DNA of 63,722 nucleotides, the filler included. It is 13 parts of 13 records of this genome, joined end to end, with 100 filler letters (N's around TTAATTAATTAA, not from the genome) between each part and the next. Parts side by side here need not be neighbours in the genome. Positions count along the whole stretch, not along the records: positions 16,903 to 22,353 come from SRR7504441_10837; positions 22,454 to 25,953 come from SRR7504441_10846; positions 26,054 to 31,191 come from SRR7504441_10851; 10 more parts are not named here. One strand, written 5' to 3'. Position 1 is the first letter of the stretch, and each line of letters starts with the position of its first letter. The notes beneath the pieces are model-generated. The model ran no database searches, was not told the DNA's origin, and was given only the letters and a program-made list of their open reading frames with translations. This document shows, one piece after another, positions 16,903 through 29,750 of the stretch. The translations under genes and the position numbers were made by a program.

Positions 16903-19900
16903 GGCGGAGGGCTGCTGCGCTTTTGTATTGAGAAGCACAGATGCGTCTTTTGCCGTCTATGGGGCCTTACACGGGACATCCATTAATCAGGATGGCCGCA
17001 CCGCGACCTTGACCTCTCCAAATGGTCCATCCCAACAGCGTATGCTCCAAGCTGCACTGCACCGTGCGGGCATCTTGCCTCTGCAGGTATGTGTGCTAGA
17101 GGCACACGGTACAGGCACAGCTCTTGGCGATCCTATCGAGGTTGCAGCTCAACGTACTACGTTGAGTACTGATCGGAACTCCGCAGAGGTGCTCGTCACT
17201 GGTGCTGGAAAGAGCATCTTTGGACACCTGGAGGCGTGTGCAGGATCAGCAGGGTTGCTAAAGCTCATTCTGGAATTGAGCCACGCTCAGGCACCACAAA
17301 ACATGCATCTGAAACACCGTAATCCCCACATCGATGTCATAGACTACGATGCACTGTTTCCTGGCTGCATCATCCAGGGTGGATACCGCAAAAAGAATTT
17401 TGGTGGAGTCAGCGCCTTTGGCTTTGGTGGAACCAATGCACATGCTCTGCTCAAAACGCCAACTGGACAGTTGAATACATTGATGTCTAGATTGGACATG
17501 AAGTACAAAAGAGAACCGTTCCCCTGGTGGAGACATCAGGTTTCCAAGAACAAGAATGCCTCGGATGCTAACTTGAGTGCTGGAATTACTGCCTTTGAAT
17601 ACTATGCACCGAATCTCTGCTGCGCAGTCGCTGAGATCGAGGAATGGCATGAATGTACGGGTCGGTACACTCAAGGGAGAGGCCAAGAGCACATAGGCTT
17701 TTGTAGTGACGATGAAGATACGGTATCGATGGCAATGACTGTGTTCGATCGCTTGGTTCAGACGCATACCTTAGATCTCTGTACGATTGGGAGATTGGAG
17801 GTTGGCACGGAGAGCCAAGTTGACCGAGCAAAGTCAATCAAGTCGTTCATCATGGCGTTTTTTGAACCTGAAGGCCTGTTTGACGTGGAAGGCGTTGATA
17901 CATACAATGCGTGCTACGGAGGTACAAATGCACTCTTCAGTACTGTAGGGTGGTTGCAAAGCTCAGCATGGGATGGCAGGCAGGGTGTGGTAATATGTGC
18001 AGATGCAGCTGTGCACCCACAAATAGAGGGGCTGCATACAATTGGAGCATCTGCTATTGCGATGCTTGTCGGCGCCCGAAACGGATTAGTCCTGGAGTCG
18101 AGAAGGGTCTCATTTATCAAGCATGCTTGGGACTTCTACCGTCCAATTGGCTGGCACAACAATGATGCACTTGTGGATATAGACACAGCCAGCCGTCAGT
18201 ATGAAGAGGCACTCCTTTGGTGTGAGCGTCAGTATGCTACCACTCTGGCGACACCAGACTTGCTTTCAGCATTCGACCAAGTCTTGTTCCACTGTAATGC
18301 TCCGTACCATTCGAAGAGGAATTTAAGGCTGATTTGTGAGGATCTGTATGGCAAGATGCCTCGCGAACAGCATGAAACTCTCTATCAACAATATGTAGAA
18401 CCTGGGGTTGCCATCTGTAAGCAAAATGCAACAACTTACACGTGCCCACTATACGCGTGTCTCCTTGCTACGAGTGTGCATTTTGGACCGAATCTGCGAT
18501 CAAAGCGAATTTTGTGTTTTAGCTACGGTTCTGGGTGTGCAGCAAGTATGTTTTCCATCTTTGTTCAAGACATTGCTCGCTATCCCCTCGACGTGTTCTC
18601 ACGATTGGCTTCTCGCAGTTGCAAGTCGGTTTCAGATACACTTAACATGGTAGAATATTTCGAAAATGCACACGGAAGTTTCCCTTTCGAGCCACGACAT
18701 ACTGAAGACAAGTGCTCCGGTACATACTACCTCGACAGACTTGGGGGTGATGGCATCAGGCATTATTCCAAACGACTGGGACAGAATGTCGCTGAGACCA
18801 AATTTGACAAAGGGATTGTTCATATGGAGCTTCTACAGGACTCTGCTCCCTTGGAGCTATTGCATAGTATTAGCGAGAGCTTCCAGGAAGGCCTCATCCA
18901 TATTCTATCCTCTTCTGGTCACGGTCTTAGCTCAGAAGCGTTGACTGAGACCACTACTGCTTCATGTTTAGTTGAATTGATCGCAAAATCATACGCAGTA
19001 ACTGCAGATTCCCTTGCCTTCTCTACTCATACCACTGCAGCAAGTGCTCTTCTGCTGCTGTCTGCTCTCTCAAGTAATTCGATTGATTGTACAAGCACAA
19101 GCCTCCCATCTGCCATTGAACAGTACGCTGATTATATCTGCATGCGCCAGTCTATGCCGAGTGCAGCAACAGGGCCACTTTTGCCAGTAAGGCCAGCTTT
19201 AAACATCTGGCTACCATTTCAAGTGCCTCATATTGTACACATGAGTTTGACTGATGACGATACCACTTCGTTGGCTCCAAGTATGCTGAATTGCAGACAG
19301 ACGCAGGCCATGATCCTACTTGTGGGGAGCTCTCGTCATCCTGCTGGCACGCAAAGCACGGCGCGTCGATTACTGCTCGTGTCAGAAGTCCGCACCAGCG
19401 TCCCAATACTCGCAGTGTTAAGCGGGACAGTTAGTGAGTTTGAAATGCCTGCAATTGTGGCATCAGATTGGCTGGTCTGTACCGCAGATGTCTGCTTTGT
19501 CAGTGAAATCCGCACACGCTTGACCCCAATTAGTTTTGCTGCTGCGGTCGAGCCTGATATTTTAAGTGCTCATCGGCACGCGATGGCAATGGCTGAGTGT
19601 CTGCGCAACGCCCCACAATTGGGTCTACAGCATACACTGACTCTCATGGCCTCGCATTACAGCGCATCACAACATGTCATTCAACAACCACCTTACAGTT
19701 CAGCTGCAATAGAGAAACGCTGTGGCTTCAAGATAGTCTCTGCCAATGACCATTCAGCAAAGACCCTGACTGAATGTGGTCATGCCGGATCGAAACTACG
19801 GCAAATGGGCCGAATGAAGGACCAAGAACAATCGGTGACAGATAAGCCGGTGGATTGTGAGATTCTTCACAGCTCAGCTCACAATACCATACTTCATGCA

Positions 19901-22353
19901 GGAAACGCCTTGTTGGCCACAGTCGACTCACAAGCTGGTCCTTTCGACCTCAAATTTGTCAATGCTGCATGGGAACAGACTGTTTCTTCTTGCATTGTGG
20001 TCTTGGAGTTGAACGACGCTCGCCACTACAATGCCATAGACCTACCGCTTGCCAAGGCCTTAGAGGTGCAGCTTCTGCAGTTGAGAGCATATGCAAGTGC
20101 TGGCGTTGACATCACGGGCGTGGTGTTGCAAGGGAGAGGGGCACATTTCTGCAGCGGCGGCGCGACACAGACAGACGCTGTGATGGCTCAGGCGCTACCT
20201 GGGTCTCTACCGAGCGCATCAGCTACCTACTATGCTTTGAGTTGCTGTCTTGGTGTTATGCGCGAGACGCCATGCCTTGTGGTCTCCAGTGTGCATGGCA
20301 AACTCATTGGTGGTGGGATGGCGACCATGCTTAACACTGACTGGCGGATCTGCTCACATTCTACTAGATTCAACCATGGTAATCTGCCCAGAAATGTGAA
20401 CCCTCTTGCAGGATACAGTTACGGCTTTGGTGCCTTGCTTGGACCATTTCAAGCAGGTAGGCTTTACTTGGAGGACGTTACAATAAGTGGTCGAGAGGCA
20501 CTTCGAATTGGCCTTGTAGATTCACTGGGAAGTAGCAGGTGTCACACTTCCTTGTGTGCACATGCTGCAGTGCATGTATTCGGAAGATTGTCACATCCGA
20601 GTGTAAAAGCAGGCAGTACAATCTCAGCACGGAGAATGCATCAGCAAATGCATGCCGAGAGTGTGCTGCATGCGACTTGCGCTCTCAGAAATATTGTTGG
20701 CACTGCTAAGGTCTACGATCGATATAGGCTCGTGTGTGATAAGGACCTCTCTGTAACTGTTGTGAAGGACCCTATGAGGACTCTGTTGCCCGTGGACGGC
20801 GTGGAGGTGCGCATGAGCGTGTATGGTCTCAACTTCAGAGAGGTGCTCTTCAAGCTCGGCATGGTTCCTATCAAAGACAATACAGTCGGGGTCGAAGGTG
20901 CGGACATAGTGACTAGAGTCGCTGCTGGTATAGACGAGGTGGAGGGAGGGCAGCGCGTCTTTGGTTGGATTGGTTCCGGGTTCGGGACTCACAGCCTGAG
21001 TTCAGGTAAATTCATGTGCAATATGTTGCCAACAACGAGCATGGAAGAGGCATCCAGTGTGTTCACTGGCTGGATCACTTGCAAGCACGCCCTGGGAGAC
21101 CTCTGCGCAAATCTGGCTGTGGGTGACTGTATCACTGTCCATGCTGCCACCGGAAGCGTTGGGATTGCAGCCACAAGCCTGGTCAGGAATCGAGGGGCGC
21201 GAGTCATAGCTACAGCAGGAAATTGCAGGAAGCGGTCCTGGCTATATCAGACTTCGGACGCGCATGTCAGCACAACACGCGACTCTGGTCAATTCAACTC
21301 AGACATAATACACTGGTTTGGCAGTCGTGCCAAACCGATAGCAGTTGTCCTGAATAGTTTGTCTGGCGAGTATATCAGGATTGGCTTCGACATGCTTGCA
21401 TCAGCTGCCCGATTTTGTGAAATAGGAAAACGAGATATCTGGTCCTCTGACAAAGCGCAAATTTGTCGTCCAGACGTGTCTTATCTACCGTTCGACGAGA
21501 GTACCATGATTAATCATCTGATGAAGCTACGTCCAACGCTGGAAGCTGCCAATTCGAGCCTCAATTCTTACACCTGCCCGGTGCAGATTTTTACTTCTGT
21601 CAGTTGCTCTCAGGCTTTCAAGTTCTTGCGCCATGCAGAGCACATTGGTAAGGTGGTGGTCAAGATGCTCGATGTTCGTCTGAACAACAAGGTCGACAAA
21701 TATGCTGTATGCAGCGCAGCGCCAGCAGTTGAGACCCCAGATCTAACTGATTTTGTCTCAGAGCTACGATTAGACAATGCTGCTGCCTGTCGGATGGCAG
21801 TGGTGGCCATGGTGCGTACTCATGTTCACGATCAAGGTTTGAGTAAAGTTGAACTTGACGACCCCTTGCTTGACCATGGAATAGACTCGCTTGGCTCAAC
21901 TGAAGTGGTAAACCTGATTCAACGCGACATTGGCACGTCAATTGATGTACCGTCTACTTTAGTCTTCGACTTTCCAACCATAAACACGATAGGGGACTTC
22001 TTGACTGCTCATTTGGCCGTTGAAGTTCCAGTTTCACCAACAAAAGTGATACATAACGAGTACACTCCGGTGACAAATCGACGGGCTTCTACTTTGATGT
22101 TAAGTGCCCAGGATTCCATATCTCCCGGTGGTTCCAGCTCATCGATCAGCGCATGGCTCGCGCTTTGTCATGCAAATGAAAGTGCAACTAGGGTTCCGAC
22201 TCAGCGTTTTGATATTGGATCTGTCTCTGAGCCCCTGAGTGCTCAGCATGGACACTTCGTACATGGCGCAGAGCTTTTCGATCGCACTTTTTTCCGCATG
22301 GGTGTTGTCGAGGTCGAAGCCACCGATCCTACACATCGCCTCCTACTCGAGAA
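16903..22353 (+). CDS. Modular type I polyketide synthase fragment: KS(C-half)-HMG-CoA synthase-ECH(degenerate)-ECH-ER-ACP-KS(start); partial at both ends
   Basis: KS: EAHGTGTALGDPIE, KSIFGHLE, SAFGFGGTNAH. HMGS: GRLEVGTES, NACYGGT, SYGSG. Crotonase: GAHFCSGG, VHGKLIGGG. ER: GLNFREV, HAATGSVG, HIGKVVV. ACP: GIDSLGS. The next KS begins VPTQRFD...FDRTFF...DPTHRLLLE. One uninterrupted frame. Confidence 0.93.
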
Positions 22354-22836
22354 NNNNNNNNNNNNNNNNNNNNNNNNNNNNNNNNNNNNNNNNNNNNTTA
22401 ATTAATTAANNNNNNNNNNNNNNNNNNNNNNNNNNNNNNNNNNNNNNNNNNNNAAGGGGGAATGCAAGACGATCGGAACTCCCCGTACTTAAAATGTTAG
22501 TCATGATTGTACTCGCGATCGTCCGTTTCGTAGACCATACAGTACTGGTAGTAATAACTGTATACTATAATCAATTAATTCAGAATGGATTACATAATGT
22601 CATACACTCTACAACAACTCAAACACGTCGTTCGAGGGATACTTCACCTACCAGTACTAGTCCCTCCTTCAGACTGGACTGGACTACGTACGACAACTAG
22701 TTACCGAAGTGTAATAAATTCTAGATCTCATGATCGGTATGGCTGTACTTACACGATGATTGTACCTGATGTCGATTCAGTAAACTAAGTATAACGTCGT
22801 TAATGATGTGCTATGATCGCAACCTCCATGAATTGA

Positions 22837-25800
22837 TCAGTATCCAACACATAAAGCTGCGAATTTGGAGCTTGAATCTGCTTTGAGCTTTTGTGGACTG
22901 TCATCTTCGACAATCAACCCGTCCTCGAGATAAATGACCCGATCATAGTTCATGATCCTGCCAACAACACTCTCAGACATTTTTTTACTTTACCACTCAC
23001 GTATCGATGCGGTGGGCAATTGTTAGCACTGTCATGCCTTGAAGATTTTGCAAGAGCGCTTCTTGTATCTGGGCATCTGTCTTCAAATCAATGGACGCTG
23101 TAGCCTCGTCCAGCACCTGGTTCAGGGGCTAAGTGTCTGGTCATTTGGCAGGATCAGACCAAGATCCGACTGCGGCGAAGGAGAGCACGCGCCAGACAGA
23201 CAAGCTGCCGTTGCCCTATGGAGAGATTGGCGCCACCGCTCTCCAATGGCATGTCCAGCCCCTGAGGATGGTTGCGGACAAAGTCGCCCAAGGCGGCGTG
23301 CTCGAGCACCTGGAGCATCTGCTGCTCAGCCTCGTTGTCGGTTGCAAATGGGTCGAGATTGTAACGCAGTGATCCTGAGAAGATGACCGGTTCTTGAGGA
23401 ATGCACGAAATCGCAGATCGCAGCGCTTGCAGAGGTACGGTCGTAATGTCACGGCTGCCTATTGAGATTGTTCCCGATTCCGGCCGAGTCATGAGGAAGA
23501 GCATTGAGAGCAGCGTGCTCTTGCCACTACCTGTTCGACCACAGATTCCGACGCGCTCTCCCTCGTTGATTGAAACTGTTACACCGTTGAGCACCAAAGG
23601 AAGCTCCGGACGGTATCGCATACGAACGTTACTGAACTCTAATCCTGTGACTAGCAGTTTAGTGAGAGCAGTGTAGCCAGGGCACCTGCGTGGGCAGGCC
23701 ATCGCTCCAGTGCGATATCGGGGTCGGGTTCAGCTTCAAGTGAGCAAAGTCGATCGAGCCGTTCAACGGCGACCATTTGGGTCTCGGCGCTCGTGAACTG
23801 TACACAAATTGTTAACGCTAAATTCTGCACGGGCACAGGCTACAATCGAAGCGCACCTGTCGAATCAGCCAGTTGAGGTAATCGGTAAAGGTGACCACAT
23901 AACTCAGCGCCAGACCGGCCATGCCTGCGTTGATGTTCCCATTATGGAATTCAAAGACGACCAGCATTGCCGTGCCGAGCACAAGCACGTTCCCGATGAA
24001 CTCCAACCTTACTGCGAGCCAGCGATTAGCCACTACACCCACAAATGCCGGCTTGAGGTTATAGTCCATCCTCTCAGAGTTCTCAGAAAGGAACCGGGGT
24101 TGGTCACGAAATGTGGTGATCGTGTCAACTCCGCTAAGCGTCTCGGCAAACGCAGTGTAAATGGGACTCAGTGAAGTCGAGGTGAGCCGCTGGACCTCCC
24201 TCGAGCTGTGGCGGTAATACCTTGCTACAGTGTAATAAATGTAAGCAAGCGGCACCAGCAACAGGCCGAGGAATGGAGTGGCGGCGAGAGCAACCCCGAG
24301 GGTACTGAGTAGGTTGAACAGCGAGAGCAGCATGCCCTGCAATGTCATGCGCATCTGCACGTCAATTACTTGCAGATCCTGAGAGAACCGGTTGATGATG
24401 CGGCCAAGCGGGTTCTCATCAAAGTATTTAACCGGGGTGTGGAAGACACTTGACAGAGCCTCGCCGTGGACACGCCGCCCTGCTGCAATGGTAGCGAAGG
24501 CAATTGTCGTGGCACGAGCCCAGATTAGTAGCATGGCCCCGGTTGCGAGTGCGGAGTACACACCTACGTAGTAGTCGGAGCTTTGCGCGCCTGGTTTGTC
24601 TGCATGATTGGACCAGTTGCTCAGCCAGACTGACGACCCTACCTGCAGCCCAGCCGCGAGAGCATAGATAAGCAGGGTAAACAACAGCAGCCGAGCAGTC
24701 AATGCCTTGGCATATCCGACCCAGATATGCTGTTTTACAAGACCCTCTTCGCTGTCTTCTTTCTTGGCAGCTGTGACGTTTGTGCCCTTTTTCTGCTTTA
24801 AGAGGTCTGCAGGCTCACTGGTCTTGCCTAAAGTCTCGCTATCCCCAGCTTTTTCCCTCCTGATCTTAGAAGTGCCCAGTGTCTCGTCAATGTGCGACTC
24901 GACCTGGTCCCAGCTTCCCTGCGCCGCAATTTTGCCATTATCCACATGCACTACCAGATCGCAAACCGGCAGCCATTGGATATGGTGTGTTGCTATCAAC
25001 ACGGTCTTGTCTCTAAGTAGCCCCTGCACGCAGCGTTCCATAATCCATTCCCCCACTCCACTGTCTACCGCACTAAGGATGTCGTCCATCAGGTAGATAT
25101 CCGCATCGACGTAACAGGCTCGGGCCAAGGCCACGCGGGCCCGTTGGCCGCCACTCAGGGTGACGCCTCTTTCTCCGATCTGGGTTTCTTCGTGGTCTGC
25201 CAAGGCTCGAAGGTCGTCCATCAGAGCACAGGCCTCCACAACACGATGAAATCTAGCCTCGTCAAAGGCGCGACCAAACAAGATATTCTCCTTGACGGTA
25301 GCATTCTGTATCCATGGCTGCTGCGCACAGAACGCCACCGAACCCCGGAGTACCACTTGGCCGGACTCGACTGGCATCAAGTTTGCCATGGCAGCGAGCA
25401 AGGAAGACTTTCCACAGCCAACTTTGCCCGTAATCCCTACCAACGCACCTGTAGAAACCCTGAGCTCAATCTCCAACAGTCTGAAGGGCTCGGCGGTAGC
25501 CTCTGCCTCCGGATCCTCGGTCGGTGCGGCTGCCCACGCAAATGAGGCGCTATTGGCAATCTCTACCGCATGTTCTCCAGGTTGGGTGCTCGAGTAGTGG
25601 CCGATTGCAAGCTGGGAGAGAGGGACAGGGTCTTTGGGCAACTCGTATGCGCGCTTCTCGTCTGCATTGAGGAAAGCGCTCAGTCTGGTGACAACTACTG
25701 ATATGTCAATTATCCGATTGATTGAGCCTGGGATCATACTCAAAGGGAAACGCAGCAGATTAAACAATGCCATCGATGTGAACGCTTTTGTAGCGTTGAG

Positions 25801-25953
25801 TGTGCGGCCCATCACCAATGTGTACACCAGGAACGTGGCGACTGTGACGAGCAGCGGCGATCCACCCCAGAGGAAGGCTCCAAAGGCGCCCCATAGGGCG
25901 TTGCCCTTGACTTGCTTCATTTCTTCCTGCCTCTTCTTGTCAATCGCCTGCAT
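22837..25953 (-). CDS. ABCC/MRP-family ABC transporter, 5'-partial
   Basis: NBD1: [25 protein letters not shown]2 follows. NBD2: [29 protein letters not shown]. Four short introns lie in the 3' part; stop at 22837-22839. Confidence 0.95.
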
Positions 25954-26440
25954 NNNNNNNNNNNNNNNNNNNNNNNNNNNNNNNNNNNNNNNNNNNNTTA
26001 ATTAATTAANNNNNNNNNNNNNNNNNNNNNNNNNNNNNNNNNNNNNNNNNNNNCTTACCTCCCCGGCCTCAGCACCCGGCATTAAAATCGGAACTCCACC
26101 AATGCTACTCCTAACGGCAGGCGGTTGGGGTTGGCAGTCTTGGCACGCGTACAGTAGACGGTAGCTATTACTCAAGCCGCAGCACAACCCAGATAAGCCA
26201 GCCGAGGTGCTGTGCCTGTCCTCGTGCCTCGCTGCCGTTCCGCCCGCCGTCCCATCCATTCGCTAACCTATCCCTCCTTGCTAGCTAGCTGTTCCGGTCT
26301 GTTCTGGGCCAGGTGCGGGTGGGTCGCTGCCGTGTATACCGTAGCTTGCCGGTGTGCAGCCTGCTGGTCCAGCCGTTGACCGGTACCTGAGCACCATGAG
26401 AACTGCTTGCTGCATGCAGGGCTGTCCGGATTCTGACCGC

Positions 26441-27256
26441 ATGATCACCCCGATCGCCACGGTTCTCAAGCAGCATCTCACCGGCGGACCTCAGGCAGCA
26501 AGACGCAGCGTCCTGGTTACTGGTGGTGCAAGTGGGCTGGGATATGCAATTTCCAAACGCCTAGCAAAGGATGGATATCATGTCACGATCGCTGGTAGGA
26601 ATGCCGACGCCGGCAACCGAGCCGCCGAGGAAATCGACGGTCTCTTCGTTCAGACCGACGTCACCCAGCCCGAGCAGGTGGCCCGCGCCGTGCAGGCCGC
26701 GGCAGATGCCAATGGCGGCGTGCTGCACGCCCTTGTGAACAATTCGGGAGTGGTTGGTCCTCAGCAGACTTACGCAGACTACGACATCCAGGACTGGAAG
26801 CGAATCATCGACGTCAACTTGAACGGCGTCTTCTACGGCTTGAAGTATGGCCTTGCGCAAATGGCTTCCCAGGAAGAAGGCGGAGGCTATGCCATCGTCA
26901 ACATGTCGTCCACAGCTGGAAATCGAGGCATCGCCAACTTGGGACCTTACACGGCAGCAAAGTTCGCGGTTCAGGGCATGACAATGGCGGCTGCAGCAGA
27001 GTACGGCCCGCAGCAGATTCGCATCAATGCGGTCGCCCCTACTGCGACAGAAACACCCATGATCAAGACGTTCATCGAATCGGCTAGTGATCCGGTGGCC
27101 GCCAGGGCCGCGGCAACGGCCACTAACATCTTGCCCGGGATGGTACAGCCTGGTGATGTTGCGGGGGCCACTGCGTTCCTGCTCGGTCACGACGCAAGGT
27201 ACATTACTGGACACACGCTGCCCATATGCGCCGGAGCACTAGCTAAGCTCGGGTAG
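26441..27256 (+). CDS. Classical short-chain dehydrogenase/reductase
   Basis: TGGASGLG, NNSG, NMSS, YTAAK, IRINAVAP. The start is uncertain (26396 or 26441). Confidence 0.92.
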   Translation: MITPIATVLKQHLTGGPQAARRSVLVTGGASGLGYAISKRLAKDGYHVTIAGRNADAGNRAAEEIDGLFVQTDVTQPEQVARAVQAAADANGGVLHALVNNSGVVGPQQTYADYDIQDWKRIIDVNLNGVFYGLKYGLAQMASQEEGGGYAIVNMSSTAGNRGIANLGPYTAAKFAVQGMTMAAAAEYGPQQIRINAVAPTATETPMIKTFIESASDPVAARAAATATNILPGMVQPGDVAGATAFLLGHDARYITGHTLPICAGALAKLG

Positions 27257-27436
27257 AGACCAAGTTTAGAGCTTGGGTAGATTCTTGAGCAAGACTAATA
27301 ATTACTTGTATTTTTAATTAATTACGTACATTTTTAGTTGTTACTTGTATAGTACATTAATTTTAGTCCTGGAAGTCGTGATGGAAGTTATTAAAAGTCT
27401 ACATGACTTTTCTTGACGGAATAAGTCGCATCAAGT

Positions 27437-29420
27437 CTACAGTTTGCTCACAGTCACGGTGGTGAGCGGCTGGTAGTTGCTGAGCGGCATGTTGGTGCTC
27501 AGCGGGCTAGTGTTGACGTGCGTGCTCACGTTGTTTGTGATTACATGCGCCGTGTTGATGTCAGCCACCGTTGGCGTGCCCATCAGCCGCATGCACATCT
27601 CCAACTCGTCCTGCAGCAGCTGCACAATCTGCCGCCTCACTCAGCCAGCCACAGCCTTCAGCCCGCACCCTCTTTACGCCATCCTCCCCGTAGGCCGCCA
27701 GCCCGTACCTGCCCGCAATCAGCTGGGCCAGCCAGGTGGCTCACAGGGTCGGGCGGCCGATCCCAACAGCTTTGGCCCCGAGAGCAATCGCTTTGAAGAT
27801 GTCTGTGCCTGCCCCGCGAGCTCGGGCACAGGGCCCGCCTGCAGCCCACCCCGCCGGATCCCGCCGTCTACAAAGACCTCGACCTGGTCTGCCAGCCCAG
27901 CTGCGCGGAGCGCTGCCATCACCTGCACTCTGTCTGCTGATGGGGGTGGTGCTGTCATAGCACCTCGACTAGAATCTCAATCCCCGACCTCGCGGTGTCC
28001 AGCTGGCGCCCTCCGTGGTTTGAGCACTGCCCGTGCTGGTGAAGGCCGGGCAGCTGTCAGGCTCACCACAATCCCCTGAACACCATGTGCAACAGCCAAC
28101 AGTGCATCTTCGGCACATTGCACACCCTGCCCACCAGCTAAGCACAGCTACGCAAGGCGGGGCACCTTGAGGATCACAGGCATCTTCGTGACCGACTTGA
28201 GCCAGGCCAGGTCGTCCCATGAGAGCGACGGGTCGATGAACTGAGAGATGGCCCTGCCTCTGGGCTCAGCCACAGCCCGTCGGCCGCTCGCACCGGGCTG
28301 TGCCCTGGCTCCTGTCGACCTTGCCCTCGTCGTCGTCGTCAGCCTGCACGTCACTCGCCTCTGCACAGCAGCACTGTCGCTGATGCCGCTTCGACCGGGC
28401 AAGCTACCTAGCGTCATCTTGGTGCGCATGTCTTTCTCCCTCCTTCCAAGCTGTGGTGCATCCACAGTCACGAACAGCCCTTTGCAGCCACCCTGCGGGG
28501 CTGCTCGCCCCCCCGACAGCCGGCCGACCGGCCACCTGCTCGGCCTGCTGGATCATCTTGCGGGTGAGCTCTCGGTTCTGATTCACATACAGCTGGTAGA
28601 AGTTGGGCTGGTCGTCGCGGCGCGCAGTCAACATCTGGTCGAGAGAGTTGGACGCCAGCGTGGGCAGCATGTACGGTATGCCAGCGTCGTGCGCTGCCCG
28701 CACCAGCGCGCACTGGCAGGATAGGTCAGCCCGGCCGAGTAGTCGGCCGCACCTCGCCGTCCGGGTGGGCGAGTTTGGCCAGCGCCGTGGCTGTGATGTA
28801 CAGAGGGAGCGAGCAGGGCTGCCCTAGCATGCGCGAGCGCATGTCAACAGTCTTGACATTCACCAGCACCCGAGGCCTGCGGCTGGCTCAGGCTGGGGCG
28901 CGCGGGGCGATTACTTGAGCCAGAGGCGCTGGAAGGCGAGCATGTTCTCGCGCATGGTCACCTCGTCGTCCCCTCCCGACGAGTAGTAGGCCCAGGCTTC
29001 CGGGCTCATCACGGACTGGGCGATCGACTCGAAGTCGAACACGTTAAGACACGCCCGCAGAGGCGGCTTGCCCGTGGAAGGCTTTGCTGGTACCAGCGGT
29101 ACTGCAGGCTCCTGCTCCGGCTCGGATGCGGGGACTGTGGCGAGGTCCAGGTCGCCAACTGGCACCGCGTGAGCAGGGCCGGGCGGGGGCAGCGCACTGT
29201 GCAGGTGGTCGAAGCCGAGCTTGGAGACAATGTCTGGCGGGTGGATTGGGTTGAAGGCCCCGGAGCCGTCCTTGCCGGCCCATTTTGTGATGACCCGGGC
29301 GCCGCCGGGGTGCTCAGGGAGGAAGGTGGTGAGGTCGTACACCTTGCTGTTGATCACCACCCAGCAGTCTCCCTTGCTGTTGTGCTGCTGCACCTCGCTG
29401 AAGCTGATCGAGCGCACCAT
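27437..29420 (-). CDS. Flavocytochrome b2 / L-lactate dehydrogenase (cytochrome b5 + FMN alpha-hydroxy-acid dehydrogenase), C-terminal SKL
   Basis: The b5 domain has HPGG and FNPIH. After removing 12 GT-AG introns the FMN domain reads AWAYYSSG, YITATALAKLAHP, FYQLY, TVDAPQLGRREKD, ILKGVQ, SNHGGRQLD, DGGIRRGTDIFKAIALGA and GIGRP. It ends VSKL*. Confidence 0.93.
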
Positions 29421-29750
29421 GTTGTGCTCGAGCCTCGACGACCACTCAGTCAGGACTTGGGTTTTTAACGGCATCGTTCTGCAACCCAGGCTTTTGAACG
29501 ACAGCACTCGTACGAACAGTATTGTATATAGACTGTATATAGACTGGTCAGTGTTCAGCGTGAATTGATAGAATTGATAATCAATCGAATAGATGATGAA
29601 TAGTTAAGTTTATTTAAGACGAGCTCCTCTAGAATCTATGTAAGAATCTATCTGCGGTCCGCCCAAGCGCGCGTCACACGAGGTCGAGGATGACTGTGGC
29701 AACTCAAGTGAGTCGCTCCTCGATCCTCGTGGTGTGACGACTACAAACTC

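Noticed and set aside
26054-26259. Short minus-strand ORF ending at a GTAAG donor
   Set aside because: Possibly a first exon, but it has no recognisable motif and is cut by the contig edge, so it is not supportable.
16903-27256. PKS + ABCC exporter + SDR as a biosynthetic gene cluster
   Set aside because: The three genes are on different contigs separated by artificial linkers, so their adjacency carries no information.
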